Below, piece by piece: positions 26,537 to 38,144 of a stretch of 64,000 nucleotides of DNA (within the stretch, counting starts at the first letter, position 1; every line of letters begins with the position of its first letter). The DNA is from Podarcis gaigeae (Eukaryota): assembly GCA_964106915.2 (NCBI GenBank), contig OZ066915.1. One strand, 5' to 3'. A program made the translations under genes and the position numbers. The notes below the pieces were generated by a model. It was not told the DNA's origin. It saw only the letters and a program-made list of their open reading frames with translations, and made no database searches.

Positions 26537-28151
26537 AACACTGCCAAAAATACTTCAGTGTGACATCATTAACAGTGGGTAATTGTTCACATTTACTGCA
26601 CTAGTTTGCTTTTTCATTGCAGCCCAGTTGTCACACTGAAAGCTGTTTAATAAGCCTTTCACACGACAGCTGTGTTTAAAAGGTTAATAAGCTTCACAGT
26701 ACAGGAAAAATTCGGAAGTGGTGGGAAAGTGATATAAGCTTGTGTCTGTTCTTCTTGTTGTTATTTTTACTGAGACTGAAAATTGAGAAAAGTTAATAAC
26801 CTGAAGGAAGGTCCTGAATACTTTGGAACCACGTTATTGAAAGGAATACCCTCTCCCACTCGAACCTGCCTGTGTTGTGCGTGTCATCGGGGACCTTGTT
26901 TCATTTCTCATTGACTTCAGAGGATCATCTGATGGGAATATGGGACAGACATTTTAAATTGTGGAGTCCATATTGTGTCACTTCCTCCCCTGGGAGGCCT
27001 GATAGACTCCTTTCTTAATGCCTTTTTGATGAGGTGTAAAAGAGAATGGCCAGGCCTTAATGAATCACAGCAATTAATAAAAAGCGGACCAAAGCAAGAA
27101 ACATTTTAAAAGTATTTTTCTTTAAAATTGCCAGGGATTGGCAACATGTATGTCTTGGAGTGTGGAGCCACCACCCAAAGAACCCTGTTTTTGTTACCTA
27201 TCAACCTAATATATATAAGCAGGGCTTTGGTAGTTGATTCTAAGGCATGAGCAGGCTCATTCAGGTGGTCCTTCAGATAACATGGTCCCTAACCATGTAG
27301 AGTTTTAAGGGTCAAAAGCAACACTATAAATCAGGCCCAGAAACAAAGCAAAGGGGACTTGCCTGTGCACACATATTGAGCTAGATGGACCATTGATCTG
27401 AGTCAGTATAAAACAGTTTCCTATGTTCCCGTGAAATGCGTAATGTTGATTCCAGTGTATAACTTGACAGTGTTATTCCTTTTAAAAAGAAAAAAGGATT
27501 TCAGTTAAGGACCAAAAGAACCAGACCTTTCCAATGAGTAAAATATTTGTTTCCTGACTAGCTGATAATTTTTGCAGGATTGCTATGTCAAATACATATT
27601 TATTTAGTCATCTAAAGGGAAATGAATTGTGGATGCTACAATGAAAGGGGACAATTAAATCCTATGCAGCCATAGTAGGTGCCTGTTTGGGAAACCATAT
27701 AAAAGCTGTATTAGTCATGTCTTAGTGACGTTGTCATAATTGTGTGCTGGGAAAATCCATATGCCTTTTGGTCTTTAGCATTAATATATGTATCATAGTG
27801 AAGTATCATGCCATCCTCATTGCAATCCTTATAATTAGCCCATGGTATTTATCTAAACAGAATCTAGACATAAATTATATTAATTACTGGTTGAGACTAT
27901 CCCTCCTCCTGCATGGCCTTGCTCCCTTAACTATTAAGGACAGTTTCCAAACGACTGGAAATGTGCTATGATAAACATAACAACAACTCTAGGCTTCACC
28001 CCACAGATCCTACGTAACATGGGGTATGAACAAGCAAAAACACACACCATCCAACAGTTTGTGGAAGATACCAAACTCCAAGCAGATCTAGCTAGGTCCC
28101 TGGAAATTTTAATCAGTGAAACTAGAAGACACCTCATCTCCCAGATGCCAT

Positions 28152-28241
28152 CATAGCTGTCGCCTTTTTCCTTTTCTTTCGAGGAATCCTATTCGGAATA
28201 AGGGAATTTTCCTTAAAAAGGGGAAAACGTTGACAGCTATG
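28152..28241. mobile_element. 90-bp hAT-type MITE
   Basis: TIR CATAGCTGTC / GACAGCTATG. Perfect 8-bp TSD gatgccat at 28144-51 and 28242-49. Confidence 0.85.
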
Positions 28242-28271
28242 GATGCCATATAACCAACCTTGAAATTCCAA

Positions 28272-28445
28272 TTACAGATAGGTAGCCGTGTTGGTCTGCC
28301 ATAGTCAAAACAAAAAAAATTCCTTCCAGTAGCACCTGAAGAAGTGCTCATGCATGAAGAAGTGTGCATGCACACGAAAGCTCATACCAAGAACTGACTT
28401 AGTTGGTCTTTAAGGTGCTACTGGAAGGAATTTTTTTTGTTTTGA
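28272..28445. mobile_element. Penelope-like element terminal remnant with inverted structure
   Basis: 32-bp inverted repeat (28305-36 / 28414-45) flanks a hammerhead-like core. Direct repeat ttgaaattccaa at 28260-71 and 28442-53. Family assignment is from recall. Confidence 0.65.
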
Positions 28446-28599
28446 AATTCCAAAACAGTGAAGGGCTTTCACTGCTGCCAGGCCATCCCTTTAGCCATCC
28501 AGGAAGGTCGCTTTCAAAATACGCCTAATGCCCATGTGGCTCTGGGCAACTGGAAACAACATAACATGTCTTTTTTTCACTGCCAATACTATACAGATA

Positions 28600-28859
28600 T
28601 AGTGGTACCTCGGGATGCGAACGGGATCTATTCCGGAGCCCCGTTCGCATCCTGAACAGAACGTAAGACGCAACAGCGTGTCTGCGCGTGTGCGGGTCGC
28701 GTTTCATCGCTTCCGCGCATGCACGTGACGTCATTTTGACCATCTGCGCATGCATGAGCAGCAAAACCCGGAAGTAACGAGCTCCGTTACTTCCGGGTTG
28801 CCATGGAGCGTAACCCGAAAATACTTATCCTGAAGCGTGTTTATCCCGAGGTATGACTG
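28600..28859. mobile_element. Tigger-like MITE family 2, CpG-rich copy
   Basis: Ends (t)agtggtacctcgggat / atcccgaggtatgactg, TA TSD, internal 15-bp hairpin. Confidence 0.85.
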
Positions 28860-29233
28860 TATATGAGCTAGGTTCATCTTGCCTATACATAAATTCCCAG
28901 GTTACACAGAACAACTTTATACCTTCCTGCTGCTTCAAGATAAAAACCCAGATGTTACATACTCAGTTGCTAGATTCTGCACTGCCATGATGGATATTCA
29001 TCGAAGGATGGTTTATGCCACAAACTAGGCCTCAAATGCAAGGCCTGTGCTCCTTCACTCTCCCTCCCTTATAGTCGCTTTTAACTGTTTGTCCCTGTTT
29101 CTATCTTTTTAAGTATGTATGATATTTTAATTACTAGTTTTTATTCTTACCTATTTTAAGTCTTAAGCATTCAGTTTATTCGTACATTTTATCTTATGCT
29201 GGTCTATGACCGAAATAAAGTATACTACTGATT

Positions 29234-29257
29234 ATATATATATATATATATATATAT
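29234..29257. repeat. (TA)n microsatellite
   Basis: Read directly. Confidence 0.9.
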
Positions 29258-30242
29258 GGTCTTCAGATTCCTAGATGCCAGTGTTTTAAATATTTGGAAT
29301 GAACTTGGTGATACTAAGTCTTGTGTGTATGTGTATGCGCAATATGCATACACACAAGCACATGCATGCACACCACATATGTACAGCACACACACAAATA
29401 CAAACAGCTACAGGATGTTGCCTGAACATTGTCAAAACCTGCTAGCATACTACCTTGCTGTAGCTTGGCAGCCATGGATATTATGAGAAACCTAAGTCAA
29501 ATTCAGAGCAGGCTAAGGTAGTAGCATGGGTGACATGCCACACATTTTCTACATTGCCTACAAATCTTGATTAATTAGCAGTTGGGATTCTTTAGTTGTG
29601 GTCCTTGCATTGCAGGGAATAGATGACCACTGGGGTTCCTTCCAACTCTACAATTTTATGATTCTGTGGTTATGTAAGGTAAAATCGGGAAAACCCCTTA
29701 AATGCCAGCCTTTACAGAGGCGTGCTGTACTGTTTCCTTATCATTACAAAAATCTTATTTTAAAATACTTATCAGATGAATAGTGAATCTGAGAGATGCT
29801 TCAATTCATTGGCATGAGTTTTCTTTTTAGCTGTTAAGTAGCAGTGATCTGAAATGGGAAAGTCTTCCTTCCCTCGCCCTCATAGCAAAGACCCCCCCCC
29901 CCATGTGTAAATGCAGTTTCTTATTGAAAATTCTTCTAAATTATATGGTATGCTGCTGGGAATAATGTACCATGTGGTTAGCATTATCTCTATGCCGATA
30001 GAAGTTCCTGAGAAGCTGTACTGAAATGACACCTTCTGTTTAATGAATCCCATTCGGGTGTGGTGGATTGTTTGCAGAGTGCCACGCCTCACTTTTTAAT
30101 GTATGTTGCTTACGTCAATAGATGAGAGTTAAAAGCTAGAGTAAATTTCCAAACTCAAAGCAGAGTGTGAGATTACCAAACTGCCTTGACAGACCTTGGA
30201 TATTAAATCAAACTTAAATATTTTTGGGTTGCAGGTGGCTCA

Positions 30243-30306
30243 ATGTCGCAGTTTCAGAACTCGTGGGAATTATACCAGCAGAGTATACAAAATGACCTGG
30301 ATATTG
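30243..30306 (+). CDS. VDR: VDR upstream coding exon (exon 30235-30306) encoding N-terminal extension MSQFQNSWELYQQSIQNDLDI(E)
   Basis: Acceptor tttttgggttgcAG (AG 30233-34), ATG at 30243, 21 codons plus G, then donor GTAAAG at 30307. The phase-1 G joins AA at 34439-40 to give GAA in frame with METMA. It aligns without gaps to the recalled chicken VDR N-terminus MSELRGSWDEQQQSMAYLPDAD-M. Confidence 0.85.
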
Positions 30307-30850
30307 GTAAAGTATATCACTTTTTTGCAAACTATTTATTCAGTTTTAATAAGTATGTCTCTTTCCCTCGGTCAGCGAAGGGAGAATTGTGTGTTATGTC
30401 ATCTTGGCTTTAAAAAAATATATATGAAGAAAACAGAATAAAAAATAATGTGCTCCTTGAGGCTTGTCTGAACTGTCCACTTCTTACATGCATTTTGTTT
30501 TGTTTCTCTGCAGATTATGTTGGGTTGGTCTCTGATTAAAAAGTAGTGCCATTTCAGATGGGACTAGCTATTTGTTGAAGTAGAAGTGTGCAAGCTTTCA
30601 AGTTACATTAATGCTTTTCTAGCAAAGAGACTGACCTAAGAATCAGTGTGTCTTCAGTCTTGCCTCTGCTTCGAATTCAGGCCACATCCACACCATACAT
30701 TTAAAGCCCCGCATGATTTCCTCCAAAGAATTATCGGAACTGTAGTTTGTTAAGGGTGCTGGGAATTGTAGCTCTGTGAGCGGTCAACTACAGATGCCAG
30801 AAAGCAGTGCACTTTAAATGGTGTGGTAACCTTTCTGCTATGAGCTGGCA

Positions 30851-30853
<3 letters not shown>

Positions 30854-30893
<40 letters not shown>
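30854..30893. repeat. (CT)n microsatellite
   Basis: Read directly. Confidence 0.92.
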
Positions 30894-30896
<3 letters not shown>

Positions 30897-31825
30897 CATT
30901 GGCCCTTCATCTGCAAAACACAGACAACAGCATTGACATGCCTTAACATTTGTTTTGTTATAATCCTAACTGCAGCACTGTAATCAGAACGCTTTGAATG
31001 CCCTTTGACGTGCTATATAAAAAATAAACGTTAACATGTGTATCCTTGTTAGGAAGTCTAGTGAATCTTGAAGAGGTTCCCCATTCCCCACCTTGCTATT
31101 CTGCAGAATATCTGTGGAGGATGGGGGACAGTAATTAAAGTTTATCTTAGTTTGGGGGGCAGCTGAGGCAACAGGTTTGGGGATGGGGGAATTGGATTTT
31201 GTCCTGATTTATTATATCATGGCTGCTGTTGGGATGGGTTTGGCTACAAATCTAAATACATAGTGTAGTGTTGGTTTCTTATGCAAGTATTTAGTCACAT
31301 CTCAAACAGGCACACATGAACACCTATCAGTGAGTAGAGTATTCAAAGTAATTGTTCAGACTCCAAAATTAAGTTACCTATTTGATCTATTTGATTGAAC
31401 TGGAAATTTGCAGCTGATCAGTTTACATTGTGTGCTGAAAAACTTACAAATTGGACTGAAGCCCATTTGAAATGATATATTGGTAAGCAGCTTTGCTCTT
31501 TCTAGTAGAGCATGAATTCACCACTCATCTTCCAGATGTATTTCTACACTAGCAATTTACCGGTTCACCAAATGGATATGCTCCTTTTGTAGATTTTGTT
31601 GGCTCCTTTTGTATTTGCTGCCAATATTTAATCAACCCTTAATCAACCCTGAGGAGATAAAACAAAAATATGAGATATTAGCAAAGGCTAATAACAATTT
31701 GGAATATTAATCTGCCATCCTGGGTTATATGACTGGCATGGCTTCCACAAGGAGCCTATTCCAATACATCAGAAAAGCCATTTAACATTCTGAGGTGATA
31801 TTTGAGCTGTTTTATAGCCTTTGTT

Positions 31826-32178
31826 GGGATGCGGGTGGCACTGTGGGTTAAACCACAGAGCCTAGGACTTGCCGATCAGAAGGTCGGCGGTTCGAATCCG
31901 TGCGACGGGTTGAGCTCCCGTTGCTCAGTCCCTGCTTCTGCCAACCTAGCAGTTCGAAAGCACGTCAAAGTGCAAGTAGATAAATAGGTACCGCTCCGGC
32001 AGGAAGGTAAACGGCGTTCCTGTGCGCTGCTCTGGTTCGCCAGAAGTGGCTACGTCATGCTGGCCACATGACCCAGAAGTTGTACACTGGCTCCCTCGGC
32101 CAATAAAGCGAGATGAGCACCGCAACCCCAGAGTCGGTCACAACTGGACCTAATGGTCAAGGGTCCCTTTATCTTCTC
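31826..32178 (+). mobile_element. Sauria/Squam1 SINE, subfamily B
   Basis: Full-length copy. TSD tttatagcctttgtt(ggg) at 31811 and 32179. Confidence 0.92.
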
Positions 32179-34438
32179 TTTATAGCCTTTGTTGGGCTAG
32201 TTTCAGTTATCTGAATGAAAAAAAATATAGCCAGCTCAAAGAGCTGTGCCCCTTTAAGGCTTAAATATCTCATGTTCCATTTATTAAGTAAAATAACTGT
32301 AGCAGTCTATTTTGTTTCTACCCAGCTAACAAAGCACTATCTGACAATCCCATTTTGGTTGCAAAATATATTTGTTTCTCTGTCAGTAGTGAAAGCAAGC
32401 AAGTGATAAATATAATGTTTTAGAAAGTCCCCCTCTTAGCCACCAGCATGGTAACTAAGCAACACTCCTTCCTGCTATCTGAGCATTGTTAAATTTATGA
32501 AAGTGGAAAGATAACTTTATTGAATGTTAACGTGCTGTTTCAGATATTAAGTCTAGGTTTTAAATGGAAATAGTGACATTCAAAGGTCAACAGCGCATCA
32601 TTGATTAGTACAAACTTAGACATGCAGTTAACATAGTAACTAATAAGTGCACTTCCTATTTGGGCAGACTGTCAATGTTTGCCTTACTTGCAAAGGAGTC
32701 AGGTTAGGTCTGTAGTCAAGAATAAATCTGAATTTCCATTTAAAGTGGAAAAGGGAACTGTTGATTCAGTAAGTTCATCCATTTCTTCTTCTTTTAAAAA
32801 CAGTTTTCAATTACTCTTAGCCAGACCCAATCAGCAGAAAACTGAATGTAATAGAGGAAGAATAATAGGTTTAAAAGTAAGAATGTGAAGCCCCTGAAAT
32901 GCATGTTATGGGATAAAGGGTTGTTGCAACTAGATTGTTCTTGCTCAAACTACATGTGATGGTAGCAAACCCATTTGTTTAAAACTGGGTCTGCCCTAAC
33001 CATGTACAAAGTGGGAGGTGGAAAACCATTTTTAGACCAAAATAAATTGACTGAAACCTCAGGGCTTATCTCCTCACAGTCAGAGTCTGTCACCCAGGTG
33101 TTTTTCTCCATAGTACCTGAACTGAAAAGCACAAAGTGAGAGTTTAGCTCGTTTCACTGGCTCTTAACGTTAAGAATCCTCCATACATTTGATGTGTGAT
33201 TGGGGCAGATCTATGCCTGATCAAACAATTCTGCCAGGGTCACATCATCATTGGAATTCCATCCTTGCATATAGGTACATTTTACCAGCTGAGCATGCCA
33301 TCCACAAGAGCCTGCTTGATCAGGCCAATGCCTATCTAGTCCAACATCCTTTTCTCACAGCCACCATCCATAGCCTGTGGGAAGCCTACAAGCACAGCCT
33401 CTTTGCTCTCGCAAAAGCAAAGAATTTTAATTATACCTGCTGACAGTGACTATGTCAGATAATGCTATAAAAATTAGTTTCTCTTCATAAAACATGTCTG
33501 ACTAAGCATACAACATTACCTTGTAAACCTAAAACAACATTAGAAAGTAAATAGGAAATTTAAATTACAAGTTTCATCAAGTCCTGATTCATGCTTAGAC
33601 ATCAGCTGCCAACTTGCTGCTTGACCTCTGATGTAGCCCTCACATTTCTCATATGTATACACCCTGCCTGCTGCCTCTGTGACTTGTTTCACATACGTCT
33701 CTAAAGTCTGAGCATGGCAGGGTCACTGTGGAACTCGCATGGTCTCGTCAATGAACTTCTTTACTTCTACTGTAGTAAGTTTACATGTCAAAGGAGGTTC
33801 ATCTACCCTGTCAGACCAGTCCATCAGCTCCACCAGGGACAAACCACCGGGGTTGATGGAAGCTGTCTTCCTCAGACATCATCATCTCTGCTCCTAAAGT
33901 CGATGATCTTTTAGACACCAGCTCTCCTCTCTTTGCTGTCATCTGATAAGTGTTGGGATTATCATTTTGCTGAATGCATACCATGCTGAGTGCAGGATGG
34001 TTGGCAAAACAGCACCCTTACTTTGCAGTCTTCTTTTGCAGCCTAACTCATCACAGCTAAAACAAGGTGTGATGTGAGCCTTCCACCCAAGCATGTTTTA
34101 CTTTGATGTTCAAACCCCCCCCCCCCAAAAAAAAAAATCCTGGATTTCGCTGCAACCTGTATTATCTGTAACACAGTGGTCTATGTGAAGATGAGAAAAT
34201 GAAACCATCTTAGCTGTTGATTGTTCTGGAGGGGATGTTTATCAATGACATGTATATCATGAATTAAGGATTTTGCTGTATTCGAATTGAGTATTCGTAA
34301 GCAGATCAGAAAATGGAGTGGGGATTCTTACTAGCTTCTGCAGAGTCTTTGCTACATAGATTATGATTACCACGTAGATTATAATAGAAAAGACTGTTGT
34401 ATTGAGGTTTATAAACAATGCACTTTTCTCTGTCACAG

Positions 34439-34589
34439 AAATGGAGACCATGGCACCTTGCTCAGCATTTCCGGATCCAGCCAGTGACTTTGACAGGAAC
34501 ATTCCACGTATCTGTGGTGTTTGTGGAGACAAAGCTACTGGCTTTCATTTTAATGCTATGACCTGCGAAGGCTGCAAAGGATTTTTTAG
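34439..34589 (+). CDS. VDR: VDR exon encoding short A/B region and first zinc finger
   Basis: Acceptor cttttctctgtcacAG. Translation [50 protein letters not shown] includes P-box CEGCKG and the VDR-typical [15 protein letters not shown]. Donor AG|GTATGT at 34590, phase 2. Confidence 0.98.
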
Positions 34590-35624
34590 GTATGTGACTC
34601 CTGGCATTTGACGCAAAGTTTACTTTGAGCACAAAAGCAGATCAGCAAAAGAGGTTTCCTCTACAGTCAAACCTCAGATCCCGAATGCTGAAAACCCAGA
34701 AGTAAATGCTCCAGTTTTCGAAAGTTTTTCGGAAGCCAAATGTCTGACACAGCTTCCGCTTGAGTGCAGGAAGCTCCTGCAACCAATTGGAAGCCACGCC
34801 TCGGTTGTCGAACATTTCAGAAGCCTCTAACTCCACCCACCACTGGCATGCCCTTGGGGGGTTGCTCAGGAGGAAGTGGGGCCCTCTTGCTGCAAAGATT
34901 TCCCAACACCTGCTCTAAACCACTTTCTCTGTCTATACAGAATTTAGATGTAATTAATAACTTGACTTTGGAGAAATGCCATGGTGTTTATTATATTTAA
35001 ATGAGAGTTTATCTTATTATAATTTTACTTTAAAACATTTTGGAATTTCACTGTGTGGGAATTCCCCTGCTACTTGAGAATGGCTCCTTTTTCAAACCCA
35101 GGATAATAACTTTGATCATCCCTTACTTAAGCAGCAGTTTGGATTCCGATTATCAGCTCTTGCTTAGGGCGTACAGAAATTTGCTGTTCTTCTGGTTCAT
35201 GGGACTGCGCCTACCCATGCACCATCTGAGTTTCGCTACCCCTGCTATATGTACAAGCAGGGTGTTTTTGAATACTGAGCACAATACTGGCATAGAGGAA
35301 GCCGGAGGGCAGCTGTCTCCCACTTTCCTCATAAACTACATTAAGAAGGAGCCAGTATTCCATCTGCAGTAGCTCAAACAGTTCCAAGAACTATCAGCAG
35401 TTTAGCATATCTCACAGATGAAGTGTCCATCTTTCATAAAGCAAATTACTGTAATGATGACGTGGGACGTTTTCCTGGGAACTCTTGGTTAAAAGCAGAT
35501 GACTAATAACAGAAGTAATTAACAGCTACTATGTGACTAATTAGAGGAAAACTCTCATGTACTAAATGCTATAGTGGGACAGTAACGCAGGTATAGGATT
35601 TGTGTGGACATAAGGTAAACTTGG

Positions 35625-35982
35625 GGGACGCAGGTGGTGCTGTGGGTTAAAGCCTCAGCGCCTAGGACTTGCCGATCGAAAGGTCGGCGGTTCGAATCCC
35701 TGCGGCGGGGTGCACTCCCGCTGCTCGGTCCCAGCGCCTGCCAACCTAGCAGTTCGAAAGCACCTCCGGGTGCAAGTAGATAAATAGGGACCGCTTACCA
35801 GCGGGAAGGTAAACGGTGTTTCCGTGTGCGGCTCTGGCTCGCCAGATGCAGCTTTGTCACGCTGGCCACGTGACCCAGAAGTGTCTCCGGACAGCGCTGG
35901 CCCCTGGCCTCTTAAGTGAGATGGGCGCACAACCCCAGAGTCTGTCAAGACTGGCCCGTACGGGCAGGGGTACCTTTACCTT
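35625..35982 (+). mobile_element. Sauria/Squam1 SINE, subfamily A
   Basis: TSD taaggtaaactt at 35611-22 and 35983-94. Nearly identical to the copy at 15543. Confidence 0.92.
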
Positions 35983-38144
35983 TAAGGTAAACTTCAGGTC
36001 CGCAAGGACCATATCTTCCCAAAATAACTCCCTTATTTCAGCATCTCTATAGTAAACTAGACACATCCACTCTTGCTAGATTGTTGGAGATGGGATGTTT
36101 TGCATACCATCCGCCTTGCAGCCAGTTTTCCAGTTGGGCTAAAGTGCACCCTGGCTAACTAGAACAACAAGATTTTCTTCAATTACTGTTGCTTAAATGA
36201 GCAGCTCATCTTTCACAGGTATATTTCCACATACAAGGTTAGTGCCTTCAGCTAATCAGTCATGCGCTGTGTGCCCTGGGCAAGATAAACGTCAGTGCAT
36301 GCCATTTGTCAACTTTGAAAGACACATGCATGGAACATCTATTCCAAGGATCACTGTTAAGAAACCTTAGAAGGTAATGAGTGAGGCCTGGTGAGCCATG
36401 TACTACACTCCCAGTGAAATGTTAAGAAAATCTGAATCATTTTCAGAATTTGTCAGAAAATCTCATGCTCAGATATCTGGCCAAGGAGGATCTTCTCCTT
36501 TCATGGAAACCAGGTTTATAGGACAATACTTTCCAAATTTCTGATATCTAAGGGATGCCTTTTATGGATTAAAATTTGAGGCACCCCTCCCTCTCTTAAA
36601 CCCCAAAAGGTTGGAAGAAGGCAGACACGGAGCAAAGACTCTGAAAGAGATACAGTGGAAGTTTTCCTCTGATGGCAGGCCATTTTTCATTGAGTGCAAC
36701 TGGACAATTCATTCTCTACCAAAGCAGTCAAGCAGGAGAATGATCTGCCTTCGGAGGAGGCTGATTAGAAGGAGCTAGGATGGGAAATTCACAGCACAAT
36801 GATGTCACGCCATGCATTGTGTTATGCTCGATGTTACGAGGAAGAGAGCAGAAAGAGACATGGAGCAGCTGCTGCTCTGTATCTCTTGGAACATCTAGTT
36901 CTGGCCCATTAAATGTGGCACAATAGTTGAGGTAAGTTGCCAAGGAAGCTGGAGTTTCCATGACTTCAGACCAGCAGCGCTTGATTTTTTTCTGAAAACG
37001 TGCTGAAGGCAAATGCCAGTTGCGCTGCTTGACATAGTGGTGGCTGCAGGGACGCCAATGGCATGAATGATGCACGGGGTTAAGCCTGAAAATCCCTGCA
37101 GCATTATCTGACCTTGGAGGTGGATGGAAAAGGTCACATAGGGGAAACTTGCACTAGGCTATTTTGTTTCAAAGCAACGATAATGACATCTTGAGACCAA
37201 ACCAGGATGTTAGAAATGAGATGTCTGTCGCATAACTACTTCCCCCTCTGGACATTTTCCTCTCCTGACCATGATTCAAAGAGTTTGCCGAACACCTTGC
37301 CTTTCACCCTTTCTGTGAAGGCCTTCATAAAGAAATGTTAGAAGTGCATGTCTTGTTAGGGAACACTGAGTAACTGCATTTTAAACCTGAAACAACAAAG
37401 TTCTCAACTGCTTCACAAACAGCGACTGATCAAAATAGAATATAGTCCACTTGGTCCTTCATGGCAAATCCCTCGAGATGTTTTGCAAAACTAAATTTGG
37501 GGAAGCCATTTGGTATTGGCCTTTCAGTGGTTTCTCTTCTATTGGGAAATATAGTCTTCAACACTTTAGAGTGCATTGCCTTCCCAGTGTCCTCTGACAC
37601 CTCTTGAAGTTTGTTCATATTGGATTGTTTGTTATGGGTCTGATATCTAGGATGAAATTTTAAATACTGATAAGAATTGTAGAAACTAGACTAGATAATT
37701 AATACCTTTGCAATGTACTGAATATGAAATACTGGGTGTCTTTTCTTAATTCTATATATAGCATTGCAGATTTGTCTATTCATATCAGTCGGGGGGGGTG
37801 TTTCTTTACGGGGTCCTGGGACATTTCCAGATGGGCTGTTGGTCCACAGAAAAATTTATGGTTGTCCTGCACTATGTGGTGTGATTATCTCATGCAGGAT
37901 AACAACCAAATGTTGACAATGTCATATAGCCACCCTGCTAACATATAGCAATGCTGCTATGAGTGCTCAGTAAGCCAGTCTTTGAGCTCCCTTACTCAAT
38001 TTAATTTTCTCAGGAGTTCTTGATGTAAGGTTGCTTGGTAAAAATGTAATGAGAGAGGTGTAGCATTAGGGGGAGTTTCTCTTTTTCTCCTGAACCTAAA
38101 TAAGAGTGAGGACTTTCCTTCACACTGTGCTAACTCTCAAGACA

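Noticed and set aside
32763-32777. DR3 VDRE-like GATTCA-gta-AGTTCA (autoregulatory element)
   Set aside because: Mismatch at the important second G, and expected by chance. My manual scan found no convincing DR3; a PWM scan with conservation is needed.
34402-34611. ORF-track boundaries for the first zinc-finger ORF
   Set aside because: The ORF reads through intron on both sides; true exon limits are set by splice sites at 34439 and 34589.
36640-37620. Several 60-115 aa minus-strand ORFs
   Set aside because: No recognisable protein similarity or splice structure.
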